A DNA stretch of 64,000 nt from Anthoceros angustus (taxonomy: Eukaryota > Plantae > Anthocerotophyta): positions 3,001,478 to 3,065,477 of the forward strand of contig MU008158.1 in the NCBI GenBank assembly GCA_010909165.1, in the 5' to 3' direction. A program made the position numbers and the translations under genes. This document shows, piece after piece, positions 23,725-36,600 of this stretch. Within the stretch, counting starts at the first letter, position 1. Every line of letters starts with the position of its first letter. Under the pieces are notes generated by a model. That model ran no database searches, was not told the DNA's origin, and saw only the letters and a list, made by a program, of their open reading frames with translations.

Positions 23725-26700
23725 ATGGGTGACACATCCTCTACACATAATTTTGGAAGTGAGTCCTTCAAGGAGAAGGACGGGTTCATGAAATGACTTT
23801 GACATCGCTTATAAGAATGGAGGCGTTCTCGAAATGAGAGGCCTCCTCAAACATGCTCTTGGAAAAGTAGTGAAACCGACGAGGATCTTGGAGAGGAAGA
23901 ATGGTTAGCTAAGGACAGAGCCAAATACCTCTGTGCGGTGGCAAGCCCGAGATGTTGAGGCGAGCAGGGTGAATACTTGGAAATCATGAATCGTCTAAGG
24001 AACTCTCGAGGCGGAACATGGTAAGCGCAATGGCACTCTAAGGAATTTTGAACCTAAGGATGAAGGACGGTGACTCGGTGGAGAAACACGTGAGTACCTT
24101 GGGACCCTAGCCTCACGGCAGGGTGCCTCCAAAGTTGCCATTGGAGATGATGAGATGGTGATGAGGCTCCTTCTTTCGCTTCAGTCATGGTCACATTTCG
24201 TGACTTCTCATCTGTTGCTCAAACACAAGCTACGTTGTTAGCTAAAAGCAAGGCATAGAGATGCTCGAAATGAGCTTCTCACACTCGTGAGTTCCATCTT
24301 TGCAAGAAGAAGCCAGCCGGGACCAACCATAAGAAAGGCAGGGCCCAGCACCTCACAACAAGGACGAGGAGGAAGAAGCCCTTCTCCAAAGGAGGTGGTG
24401 GAAACTCTTCGGGAGGTAGCTCATCGGATCCTCACCCGGAAGAAAACAAAGAAGCCGGGAACACACAGCTGGTGCAAGCCTGGCCATTGGGAAAAGAGTG
24501 CATAAAAGCGGTGGAGTTCCTCGCAAGGAGGGAACCAGTCAATCAAATGTTGTGGTAAAAGGTTAATACCCCATCGCCTCTTACAGTTGGGACTAGGGGT
24601 TTGCTAGTCCATTGCTTCCCACTTGTCTTTCCTCCAAAGTGAATCAAAACCAAGAATGGTTCTTAGAATCTTGCTCACATATCGCTTTGATAGGAATGAA
24701 TTTAAAACATACTGGATCGGGTTTAGATCAATATGTTTACCTTAGACGATAGGTCTCTAGTCTCACCTGGTCGTGGCAGTTGAGTTAATAGTTCCTCGGA
24801 AACACACTCAAGTTAGAAGATGTCTACCATGTGCCCGAGATGACTAGAAACCGATCTCATTAGAAGATTGAATCGACAATAATGTCATGTCGTGTTCACA
24901 AGAACATGCGTAATCATAGATGCATTTGACCCTAGAAAGGTACTTGCGCATGGGTCTTGGACCATGATCTGTTCCGTCTCCATTTGCACAGTGGAGTAGC
25001 GAGTCCCACACAAGACGCCGTCTCCTTGCACAACAAAGCGGCAAAGGCTCGGTTGTATGCACGCCTAGGTCATCCTCACATGGCAAAGCTACAAAATTGG
25101 CATGGTGACACAATCAAGATGGACCTATTGGCCCCTTGACTCCTATACCCTTATGTGAGGCTTGTGTTTTGTCGAAGAAAACACCAAGCTGCCTTCAAGA
25201 ACAAAGCACCTCACCGTGCTTGATGTACTTGAGCTTGTACATCGATTTGTGTGGACCCTTATCTCAAGCGTCCATTGGTGGTGGGCGTTATTTCTTAACG
25301 TTCTGAGATGACAAAAGTAGATTTGTCACCACCTACATCCTGAAGAACAAGAGCGAATGTTTCTCCTATTTCAAGGAATACATCAAGTTCGCTGAACGTT
25401 GGACAGGAAAGCAGCTCAAGACACTAAGATCAGACAATGGCGGGGAATTCACCTCTAATGAATTCCAGCAGTTCTGTAAAGATTAAGGCATTGGACGTCA
25501 ACTCACAGTGGTATACACTCCCCAGCAGAATGGAGTGGCAGAGCGTTTGAATCTCACTCTGCAGGAGATGGTCTCCTCATTGCTGCATGATGCTCAACTG
25601 CCCTTACCTTACTGGGCAGAGGCTTTGATGACCTCAACCTTTCTTCGGAACAGGTTACCCACCACAGCAGTCGAAGGCAAAACTCGTTATGAAGCTTTCG
25701 AGTAAATCATCCATCCAGGGGCGTTTGGGCGCCTTGCATATGCCTTCATACAGACGAAGCACCAAGCTTTAGCTAGGCCGCGGGCTCATGTTGGGATACG
25801 GAGGGATAAAAGCATATAAACTATATGATGTTCCTTCTAACAAGGTCATTTATGCTCGTGTTACCTTCGATGAAACAAAGACTTGGGCTTGGTGGGAGCA
25901 CATGTTCATGCTCCCGGATGAGGATAGTCTTGAGCTTTCTCATTATGATCGGCGGATCATGGTACTCGAGCTCTGATGAAAATGTTCCTGCGGGAGGGAA
26001 AATCAGGTGTTTGAAGAAGAACACGAAATTCCTTTGCCGGATATGCGGATCACATTCCTCAACGGATCAAGCACTTGCGATGCAACGGTGAAGTGAAGGC
26101 GGTCAGAATGCAAGCGAGGAAGAAGATTATGTTTGAACGAACTTGAACAAGAGCGAATGTTTCTCCTATTTCAAGGAATACATCAAGTTGAGCGTTGGAC
26201 AGAAAGCTCAAGACACTAAGATCGACAATGGCGGGAATTCACCTCTAATGAATTCCAGCATTACTGTAAAGATGAAGGCATTGGGCGTCAACTCACGTGG
26301 TATACACTCCCAGAATGGAGTGGCGGGCGTTTGAATCTCACACTGCAGAGATGGTCTCCTCATTGCATGATGCTCAAGCGCCCTTACCTTCGGGCGGGGC
26401 TTTGATGACCTCAACCTTTCTTGAACGGGTTACCCACCACACTGAAGGCAAAACTCCTTATGAAGCTTTCACAGTGACCATCCATCCAAAGACTTGAGGC
26501 GTTTGGGCGCCTTGCATATGCCTTCATACACGAGCGAACCAAGCTTTCAGCTAAGGCAGCTGCTCATGTTGGGATACGGAAGGATAAAAGCATATAAACT
26601 ATATGATGTTCCTTCTAACAAGGTCATTTATGCTCGGTTACCTTGATGAAACAAAGACTTGGGCTTGGTGGGAGCACATGTTCATGCTCTGATGGCGAGG

Positions 26701-29620
26701 ATAGTCTTGAGCTTTCTCATTATGATCGGCGGATCATGGTACTCGAGCTCTGATGAAAATGTTCTGCGGAGGGAAAATCGGCGGTGTTTGAAGAAGAACA
26801 CGAAATTCCAACTTTGCCGGATGTACGGATCACATTCCTCAACGGATCAAGCACTGCAGCGATGGATGGTGATCGAGAATGCCGGAGGAAGAAGATTATG
26901 TTTGAACGAACTTGAACAAGAACACAGGCGAGCTTGCTCGGCGTTACCCTACTCGAGCGTCGACCTCCGATTATTATCGTGCCCACGATTATCGTATTTC
27001 CTCTTCACATGTGAAAGCATATCGCTACTAACCTCGACCTGTAGAACCACGGTCTTATGCGAGGCTTTGAGCGGACGATCACAAGGAGTGGGAGAAAGCT
27101 ATAAAATCGAATATGACTCATTGATTGAGAACGGCACATGGGAGTTGTCAAAATTACCTCTGGCGGAAAAATGGTGTCTTGTAAGTGGGTCTTCAAATTG
27201 AAAGTCAAGGCTGATGGTACCTTGATAGGTACAAGGCAAGACTAGTGGCTCGTGGATTTTCACAAGTTCGTGGACTATTTGGAGACATTCGCTCCGGTTG
27301 TGGCCGCCATACTGAGCATTATGTGCAATATCGACCTAGGACTATGAAGCGCAAATGTTTGATGTCAGCACATTCTTGAATGGCAAGCTTGACATGAAAT
27401 ATATATCGACCTCCAGTTATGTAGTCAAAGGAAAGGAGGATTATGTATGTAAACTTATCAAGACTTTATGCGGGTTGAAGCGATGCAATGGCTTGGAACG
27501 CAGAACTTGATGCTGAGCTTTTAGTATTAGGTTTCACCAAAAGCCCGAGCGGATGGTAGCACACATCTACAAGAAAGGTGACATCGTCATTACCTAGCAG
27601 TCTATGTAGATGACTGATCTTGTCAATGTGATCACGGTTTTATCAAAAGATTCTTGACACCTTGCAACTAAGTTTAAGATGTCCTTGGTGATCTTGAGTT
27701 GTCTTGGTATACATGTTCACGAGGAAGCAGGTTATCACACTCTCACAACCAAGATACATACTGAAAGTGCGGCTAGGTTTGAAGGATGCAAAGCCACTAC
27801 ACCCCTACCAAGTGGAATCAAGCTAAGTTCAAATGTCCCCACAAACAGAGAAGGAAAGGATGTTAGCCGTACCTTATAGGCAGGGAAAGCTCATATATGC
27901 AAACACTACTCGTATGGAAGTTGCCTTTGCTACTAGCGCTCTCTCAGTTCTGGAGAACCCAGGCCAAGAGCACTGGACAAGCATTAAAGAGTCTTTAGAT
28001 ACTTGAAGGGACACCACATCGAGGATAAAATATTGCCACACACACTGCTTGAACTTGAGGTCTTCACCGATTACTATCTTTGGAAACGTGGACAACGGAG
28101 ATCTGTTTTGGTTACGTTGTGAGCATAGCGGTGGACCGATTCTTTGGATGAGCAAAAAGCATTCCAGTTGCTCTCTCGGCGGGTGAATATAGAGTCCTTA
28201 CAGCTTGCAAAGAGATCATTTGGTGCAAACTACTCCTTAGCGAAATGGGTATACCATTACCTACATGTACGCTCATAAGGAATAAGACCAGGGCTCCATG
28301 TCACTTGCTCGAACCCGGGCATTTCATGCAAGGACAAGCATATCGAGGTTGAGTATCATTTTATCGAGACCTAATCAAGGCGGTAAAATCAACCTCGAGT
28401 ATGTGGCAACGCAAGACAATCCAGACATATTGACTAAGGCTCTAGGAAAAGAGCTTCACGAGAAACATGTTAAAAGTCTTGGCCTTGAGACTCCTCGGAG
28501 TTCCTTGGCAGTCGACGACAAAAATCCATGCGTAGAACTCTAACTAGACCGAAGGAAGAGTGTTCATCATCGTAGTCATTAAAAGAGTCTCATCACGAGA
28601 CACGAGAGTATGAGTCCCCACAGGACTCACCTCACCAGGCAGCTTTGACTCTCATCTTCCTCCTCTTGAAGGATCGGGCTGCAAGGCGGTGGGTCTTCTC
28701 CGCCTTCTTGCCTTGCACGATTACGTCTTGATTTGGAGGTCGACTCTTCTTGATCGTATGTTAGATCCTGCACAAGCAGTGGGAGCTAGGTTAGCTCACA
28801 CACACACACACAAGCAGAAAATCTTTGAGAATGGAATTTGGGACTTACTATACGTGCTAACAACATGGTGAGGATCGCCCAGCAATCTTCAACTTTGATC
28901 GCATCACGGTTTAATCGCCTTCATGAACCCTATACCACATAGGGGTGCGAGGGTGCTTCATGGTCGTAGGAGACAATTTGGGTTTCCTTGAGCAGCAGTG
29001 CAGGGCTTGGAAAGCTCATATATGCAAACACTACTCGTATGGAAGTTGCCTTTGCTACTAGCGCTCTCTCACAGTTCACGGAGAACCCAGGCCAAACCTT
29101 GGACAAGCATTAAAGAGTCTTTAGATACTTGAAGGGACACCACATCGAGGATAAAATATTGCCACACACACAACTTGAACTTGAGGTCTTCACCGATTAC
29201 TATCTTTGGAAACGTGGACAACGGAGATCTGTTTAGTTACGTTGTGAGCATAGCGGTGGACCGATTCTTTGGATGAGCAAGCACAGTTGCTCTCGGCGAG
29301 GTGAATATAGAGTCCTTACAGCTTGCAAAGAGATCATTTGGTGCAAACTACTCCTTAGCGAAATGGGTATACCATTACCTACATGTACGCTCATAAGGAC
29401 CGACGACCGGGGCTCCATGTCACTTGCTCGAACCCGTATTTCATGCAAGGACAAGCATATCGAGGTTGAGTATCATTTTATCGGAGACCTAATCAAGGCG
29501 GTAAAATCAACCTCGAGTATGTGGCAACGCAAGACAATCCAGACATATTGACTAAGGCTCTAGGAAAAGAGCTTCACGAGAAACATGTTAAAAGTCTTGG
29601 CCTTGGAGACTCCTCGGAGT
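23725..29620 (+). pseudogene. Copia gag-pol, heavily frameshifted, with duplicated integrase and RNase H segments
   Basis: Probable ATG at 23725 (MGDTSSTHNF). Domain order gag-PR-INT-RT-RH. Confidence 0.85.
25345..26921 (+). repeat. Tandem duplication of the integrase core (25345-26144 / 26145-26913)
   Basis: Direct repeat of ~0.8 kb with GAACAAGA at start, junction and end. Confidence 0.9.
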
Positions 29621-30121
29621 TCCTTGGCAGCACAAAGTAAAATCCATGCGAACTCTAACTACGACCCAAGGAAGAGTGTTCATCATCTGTAGTCATTAAA
29701 GAGTCTCATCACGAGACACGAGAGTATGAGTCCCCACAGACTCAGACTCACCGGGCAGGCTTTGACTCTCATCTTCCTCCTCTTGAGGAAGGATCGGGCT
29801 TCAAGGCGGTGGGTCTTCTCCGCCTTCTTGCCTTGAGATTGTCTTGGAGGTCGACTCTTCTTGATCGTATGTTAGATCCTGCACAAGCAGTGGGAGCTAG
29901 GTTAGCTCACACACACACACAGAAAACATCTTTCAGAATGGAATTTGGGACTTACTATACGTGCTAACAACATGGTGAGGATCGCCCGGCAATCTTCAAC
30001 TTTGATCGCATCACGGTTTTAGTCGCCCCATGAACCCTATACCACATAGGGGTGCGAGGGTGCTTCATGGTCGTAGGAGACAATTTGGGTTTCCTTGAGC
30101 AGTCAGAGGCTTGGGAAAGCT
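27884..30121 (+). repeat. Tandem duplication of RT end, RNase H and 3' region (27884-29008 / 29009-30113)
   Basis: Direct repeat of ~1.1 kb with GGAAAGCT at start, junction and end. Confidence 0.9.
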
Positions 30122-30704
30122 TAGGTCCTCACAAGGGTTAGCTTCGTTCTCGAAAAGCCAAAATCGGTGAACATGTGCAGGATTTGCTTTTACTCTTGCC
30201 GCTCTTGGCCCGGAAGGAGTGACACCAAGAAGGGCCGCCCATGTTTCTTGTTTAGCTGAGCCTCTGCGTCGCTGCGAAACTCCTTGGTGGTTCCTTTGGG
30301 CGCCACGTCTCTCTTCACGCCCCTTTAAGCTGCGGGAAGTTGAGTCTCCTCTTGTCATGACATTTGCTCTAACCGGCCTAGCATTTACGGGCTGCTGCGG
30401 TTTCTTGGGCAAAGTACCCTCGGACTACGAAGACAAGTGACGCCATCTCGATATGGCTCGGGTGAAAACCTTCTCTCAAGGCGATCGATGCATATGAGGC
30501 AAAGGCGTAAGGAGAATTATAAAGGGAGCCAACTTTGTACTCGGTGGCTTCTGCTTTTACAGACATTCCATAGTGTCCGTAAAGACATGAAGATGGGCGT
30601 AAAGCTCTACCACCACATATGGCAAAACCGTAAGATTGAAAACCCGAGCTCAACTCCGCTCTCACTTCACGAAGGGGTACCTAACTATTTACAACAAGTG
30701 GGAG

Positions 30705-30962
30705 TAATGATATACAATGTTGATATCATAGTTAGGGTTTAGGGTTTAAGTTATCCATATATTACCAAGATATGATAAGCTAGGGTTTACTAGATATGGT
30801 GTCGTTTCATTAGGGTTACGTCTCTAAGTGAATAGATACAACGTTTCATTAAGTTTAGTTTTAGTTGTCTTTTCATGCATAAGCAACTTACTTCTTTCTT
30901 GATCCAACAATGTAATTATTTTATAATGTTTAATTAATCTACATTAGTCCCTAAAATCTTCA
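30705..30962 (+). repeat. Copia 3' LTR (258 bp), preceded by PPT AAGTGGGAG
   Basis: Near-identical to the 5' LTR and followed by the TSD TGTTT. Confidence 0.93.
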
Positions 30963-33695
30963 TGTTTGCCACCTTTCCTCCATCTTCCTTCTCTCGACTA
31001 GTATCTATGCCTTCCTTCCTGACGTGGCCTTCACCTTCCACTTTCCTTCCCTTCTTCCCTGCGATCATGCACATCACTTAGAGCTCACGTCCTACATATC
31101 ACTCGTTGCACCAACCACCAACTCCTCATTCTCCACCCAACCTCCATCGCATGGCTCACGACCATGTGCTACACTCCACCACGCCCATGCACAACCGCTG
31201 CAATACCGCAATGACGTCGTCTAGTAGTTTACCGGCCAACCGCTCCATCAATTCTCCAATTTCAGGTAGTGGCAATGTAGTCGGTATGTCCGTCTCCACC
31301 TTATCATCCGCCATCTCCACATCTGCCTCCTCGCTCGCGCTTTCCTCATCATTGCTGCCAATGGTGTCCTTCTCCTCACCGTCCTCCTGACCATCATATG
31401 CACGCGTTCCTTGGCCCGCCTCCGCAACCGCCTCCTCCAGTAGAACAATCTCCACTCCCAGGGCAGCAGCTTCCTCCCCTCCACAGGCATCCTCCTCCCA
31501 CGTTGTTGGGGGTTGTCCATCGCCACCGACAAGGTCCACAAGACCAATGGCCTCTCTCTCGCACCACACAGTCGGCCTCTTGGGCAACACCACCATGCTC
31601 CTCCCGATCACCACAGTCCTCTTTCTCCGGACTCACGCCAAATTCCTCCTCCCCTCCTGATGTCACGGCCCTGGCAGATTCCTCCTCTGAAAGTTTTGGA
31701 TTCTTTCCTGCAGCATGCCTCCTCTTGCATGGCCTAGGCATGCTGCACTTTCTGCTAAGTCTCCTAGCTCCTAGCTGCTTGCTTCAGGCTAGAGATTCAA
31801 CATGTGGTCGCTGCGAGTCCTGAGCTTTACCCTGACATCCATCTCTTATCGACAATGATAGTGTTTTGACTATGTTTAGTTGTAGACATTTTTTATCACA
31901 AACGGATTCCATTGTTTGAAGGGAACTCTGCATAATTCCCTGTTTTCTGTGTGGACTCAAGGAAGACTTGCATGCAAAGAGAAGTTCAAAACTCTCGGTA
32001 TTTAAAATACTTAGATTTTCAAGACTGACATTTTCAACCGCTCAGACATCCATCCCTTTCTTCGCAAGATCAGGAGCCTAAAACAACCAATAATCCACCG
32101 ACTATTCTTCAATTACTATAATGTAAATGAAAGTTCATAGGAAAGATTGAAAAAAGATTGAAAAATCTAGATTTTTAGCCGTACTTGTTTGAATAGCCGT
32201 GCTTGTTTGAATAGCCCGGAGCTTTCTTAGCTGTATTTCCGTAGGCGTGTAATAAGCCAAAGAGCTCTCTAGCAAAAGCCGGGGGCTTAGGAGGGAAACT
32301 CTCTGCTTCGTCTTTATCTTCGTTCTTAAGCAAGGCAGCTAAGAAAGAAGTCTCGGTGGTAGACGTGGTGGTTGTTGAACCTACACACAACTCCACCTCT
32401 GAAGAAATCATTACCTGCCCAGGTTGGGGGGCTGTTGGAGCGGTGGCAACCAAGGTCACGAAGTATGAGAGATGCAATTGTAGGGCAACTCTTCATCCCG
32501 CTTGCCTAGGAAAACATATGGGGCGTTGGCTAAAGACTTTGATAAATTTATCAAGTTTTGCGCCAAGACTTATCATGCGCGCAAACACGAAGTATGACTA
32601 ACCCTCTCTCACTTGAGAGCATTCTTTTGACAGCGAGTGTCCACGGCTCTCTAAAGGACATTTGCAAGGCAATTTGTGGGAGGATGTCTGTCGTATGTAT
32701 GTAGGCCATTCATGTCTTGTATTAAGCCATTCAATCTACTTAATTATGATATTATATAAGAACTATAAGTGATGTTAAATATGAAACTTAGTTATTACTT
32801 GTTATTGAGACCGTCGATGTCATTTCGTACATGGGCTCACCCCCTCCTCTTAGCAATGTCTCAAGGCGTGTGCGGTCTAACCTGACACTAGTCATTCCTC
32901 AAAACCCGTGACCCTAAACTGTCCGTCCGGTCCCCGAATAGAGGTACGCGCTCGAATAGAAGACGAAGAAGAAGAAGAAAAGTCTATCTATACCTCCTCG
33001 GACACGTTTGAGGCCCCATATTACATGACCAATCTGGCATACCCACCTTCCAAACTATCATAAATTCTGGGTTGTTCACGCGAACAAAATTTGACAAAGC
33101 CGGCGGCCCCACATTAGGTCACGAAGATGTTGGGACCCACCTTCTATTTTGTAAGAACTCCACTCTCTCTGCTCGATGCTGGACGGAGAACTGAGCATGA
33201 GAGCCCCCTGTTGGCATGTCTTTGTGTGCTTCAGCAGTGTGAAGGCTGTGATGTAGTTGTTGCAAGAAGGTCTATGGTGTGCTGTGGCGCCTTTGAAAGG
33301 CTTCTGCAGCGTCCCAGGCTTCCCTTTGTTTTAGTGTTCTAAGAAGCAAACGGGCAACAGTGGTACCTCGTGTTGGCGGAGCTCCTTGTCTCGCAGGTGG
33401 CGCGCGGTGCGTAGCTTTGCCCCCTCTATGTAGTGCATACTGTGGGCAGATTCCCCTTCTCTCTAGATTTTCAGCAATATCCCCTGGACGGAGCTAATGG
33501 TTGCCAAACGCCGACGTTGTAAGGGAAGTCTGGATCATTGGTGTCAAGAGTGGCTCAGGTCTTCTCAACTGCGTTAACTGGTATAGATGGTGTTGTTTCT
33601 CGGTCACACAAGTGGAGCAATTAGCTAGGTCAGGCAATTATCTTGGGCGTCACAGGGGTGCGGCAACGCCGCCTCCTTCCTATGGGAAACCGAGA

Positions 33696-36600
33696 ATGAA
33701 ATTCTTCGGCATACTGAAATTGTTGAGCTGTATCGGTATCGGCCGTACTCGTTTGGATAGGGAGGAAATGGCGATGGACAGGGGCTCATCCCACCAGCCT
33801 TTGATTTCAAGGACTGCTTCTTCTAAAAGAAAACTTGAAGAATTAGATATGGGGGCCGCAGAGTCTGCCGTCAGGTCGCAGGTACGAGCTCGACGGGAGC
33901 CTCCTGATGAGGCCCCCGATCGGAGTATCGCTGAATCCAGTGTCAGAGTGCCAGGTGAAGCCCAGTCTTTGGATGCGGAAAGCTGCATGCGAGAGGAAGC
34001 TGGGCAGTCAGCGATAGATGCAGATACATTGTGGACAGGGACGCCAGAGTGGGATCTTGTTGAAGGCACTAGCAAGAGGCTTGTTAACAGAGAGGGTGGT
34101 GACTTGCGTGGGGAAGAAGCAACCGCGCATGCTCCAGAGCTTTCAAGCAGTGTCGTCACTTCACGAGCAACTTTGTCAGCAGACACGGGAGTATCTAATC
34201 GAGTATCTGCAGGAGCCTTTTCTGGAAACAGTCTCTGCCCGGCGGGTGGAACCCTTTTCAGGGAAGCTACCGAGGTAGCATCGTCTGTCAGCACGCTGAG
34301 CCGTCCAATTGGTGATGGTAGCCTGTATACCAGAGGCCATGGGGAGGTCTGCAGTAGAGAGCAAGAATTGGAAGGGGAAGATACGGAACTCGCAGATGTT
34401 GGCGAGTGGAGTGATGTAAGCTCAGGGGAGGAAGATCAACTTAGCGGCAGACATCTTGTAAGCGAACACAGCAACGACGAATCCAGTGAAGAGAATAGTG
34501 GTAGTCCCGATTGTGGGATTGCGAGCGTTTCTCCTGATGTTTTTAAACATGTACCATCAGAACGTCCTGAGAGCGATTCTGATGTCCTTTCAGATGGCAG
34601 TGTCAACTCAACAGATTGTGCCATCTGCGCGACTGAGGAAGGTATTGCAAGCACTGTCTCTGCTGCCAGGCAGTTTATTTTGGAGATGAATGAAGCCACC
34701 TCTGTGGACCTCACCCCTCCTGCAAGGCTGCAGTTCTTTGTGAAGACCTTCCTGGATAGCCGTACCATTCTTTTGACAGCACATGCAGCTGATCTGATTG
34801 ATTCAGTCCATCAGCAGATATTGTTAAAGACAGGCCTACCCATTGCAGACCAGCGTCTTATTTTTTGCGGGCGGCAGCTGCAACATGGGCACACCCTTGA
34901 AATGTGTGGTGTCACAAATGACGCCACTCTACATCTAGTAGCACGCATGAGAAGTACAACTCTTCCACATTCCTGGCAACTAATCAATGACCTAGTTGAC
35001 ACATTGCGGAATGTGCGTGTACTTGAGCAGAGTGATGGCTGGAATGTGAGATTGCAGCTCCAAGATCGTGTGAGAGGAGCAGTGAAGGAGTTTCTGAAGA
35101 TGGCATCAAAATCTCTTCCAATCTACGAGCATATGCAGGTGCTGTTGCTGAGAATTGTAAAGTTTTTTCTGAACATGATTGCATAGTAGAGACCAATGGT
35201 ATGGAATTGTGCACAATGCCTGTATGGCGTTTAGGTTCTAAGACCCCTTCAGTTCATCCACTAGAATTGCAATAAATGTGAGGGTTGGGCTCATCTTGTT
35301 TTTTAGCGGTGCCATGTTTCACAGTCGTTATCCTGACAGCATTATATCAATCTAATGAATGTGAACTATTGGTGCAAACAGATATTCCAACTTGCTGGAG
35401 CAACGACTGCCTTAGTTATGCTGCTTCTCTCCCAACATGCAAGCAACAAAGGCTGTGCAGAGAAATGCATAACACTTTTCCTTTCTGCGAATGATGACTA
35501 TCTGCCTCCACATGTCCATTATCACTGTGCTCCTATATTGCTTGATTTCTGCAAATTGCTAGGGAAGAGTGCTCCAAATCACAACCTGTACAATCTCTGT
35601 CGAGCTGCTTTGGCACGCCTCCTTGACACTGTTGGTGTTGTGAGTCCTTATTTCAATGAGGCTAAGCCTGAAACTATAGTTCATGATTTCTCTCCATTTG
35701 TCCAAGAGCTCGCTTTGAAGGTAGTCTCCAGCCTTGAGTCAACTGCTTTGGCATTTCCTGTTAAGGACAGTTGTATCAGTTTTGGCTACGTTCAACATGC
35801 GAAGGAGTTTACAGCTTTTGTAGTCCCTCTGTGCAAGGCAATGAAATTATGCAAAGGTATTGAGTTTGTTCGCACGACGGGGAACCGAGAAGATGCTGTT
35901 GTAGTAGTCAGTTCAGGGTACCGGCCAAACATGCAGCACTATCGTCCAAACAGCCTGGGAGTTGCAGAAATCAAGAAACCAGGGGATGATGAGCTGTGCA
36001 AAGCTTTGTTAAGTTCAGAGGTCGGATCTCATCAGTGGCTGCTTGTGGTGTTCCAAGTATTGTTACGCAAAGTGGGTAACTGCTTGAAGGGCATTACACA
36101 GGGAGTCACGGCCCAGGAGAAAGGTGTTACTAGCGGACCAACAGATGTTTGCCCATATGGGTGGGCACCTTTTCTCTTTATTCTAAAAGGTCTCCATGCT
36201 ATTGCGATGCTTGATCAAGTTGCCATGGATGACCTGCTGTACTTCCTGTGTTCACATCGAATTGCGATGAATGTGCTCATCTACCAGTCTCGCTGGCATG
36301 ATGATAATTTTTGGCTGCTGGATTATAAGTTTTTGCTAGATGTCAAATCAAGGAAACGGCTTGCAATGGCCATGCTCCCTGAACCACAAGATGACCATGA
36401 TGAGCGGCAGGAGATTTTGGTCAATCGCGGTGAACTTCTGGCAGAATCTTTTGAGCTTCTGGCGTATGTGGAACCAGAGGTCTTGCATGGAGGCATTTCC
36501 GTTGAGTTTGCAGTAGAGGAGGCGACAGGGCCTGGTGTGTTGAGAGAATGGTTCTGTATGCTGTGTAGAGAGATTTTTAATCCAGGGAATGCACTTTTTG

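Larger units (their letters stand above)
22336..30962 (+). mobile_element. Full-length Ty1/Copia LTR retrotransposon with TGTTT target-site duplication
   Basis: Paired LTRs, Met-i PBS, gag knuckle (KPGHW, ~24476), RLGHP (~25062), integrase (SDNGGEF; YTPQQNGVAERLN), RT (YDSLIENGTWEL; KARLVARGF), RNase H (KHIEV; DILTKAL), PPT. TGTTT at 22331-22335 and 30963-30967. Confidence 0.95.

Noticed and set aside
30708-30709. Canonical TG start for the Copia LTR
   Set aside because: The 5' LTR has GG at the equivalent position, and the TSD and PPT both fit a start 3 nt earlier
33501-33695. UPL5 start at 33501 as given in the ORF track
   Set aside because: Non-ATG start; the first in-frame ATG is at 33696
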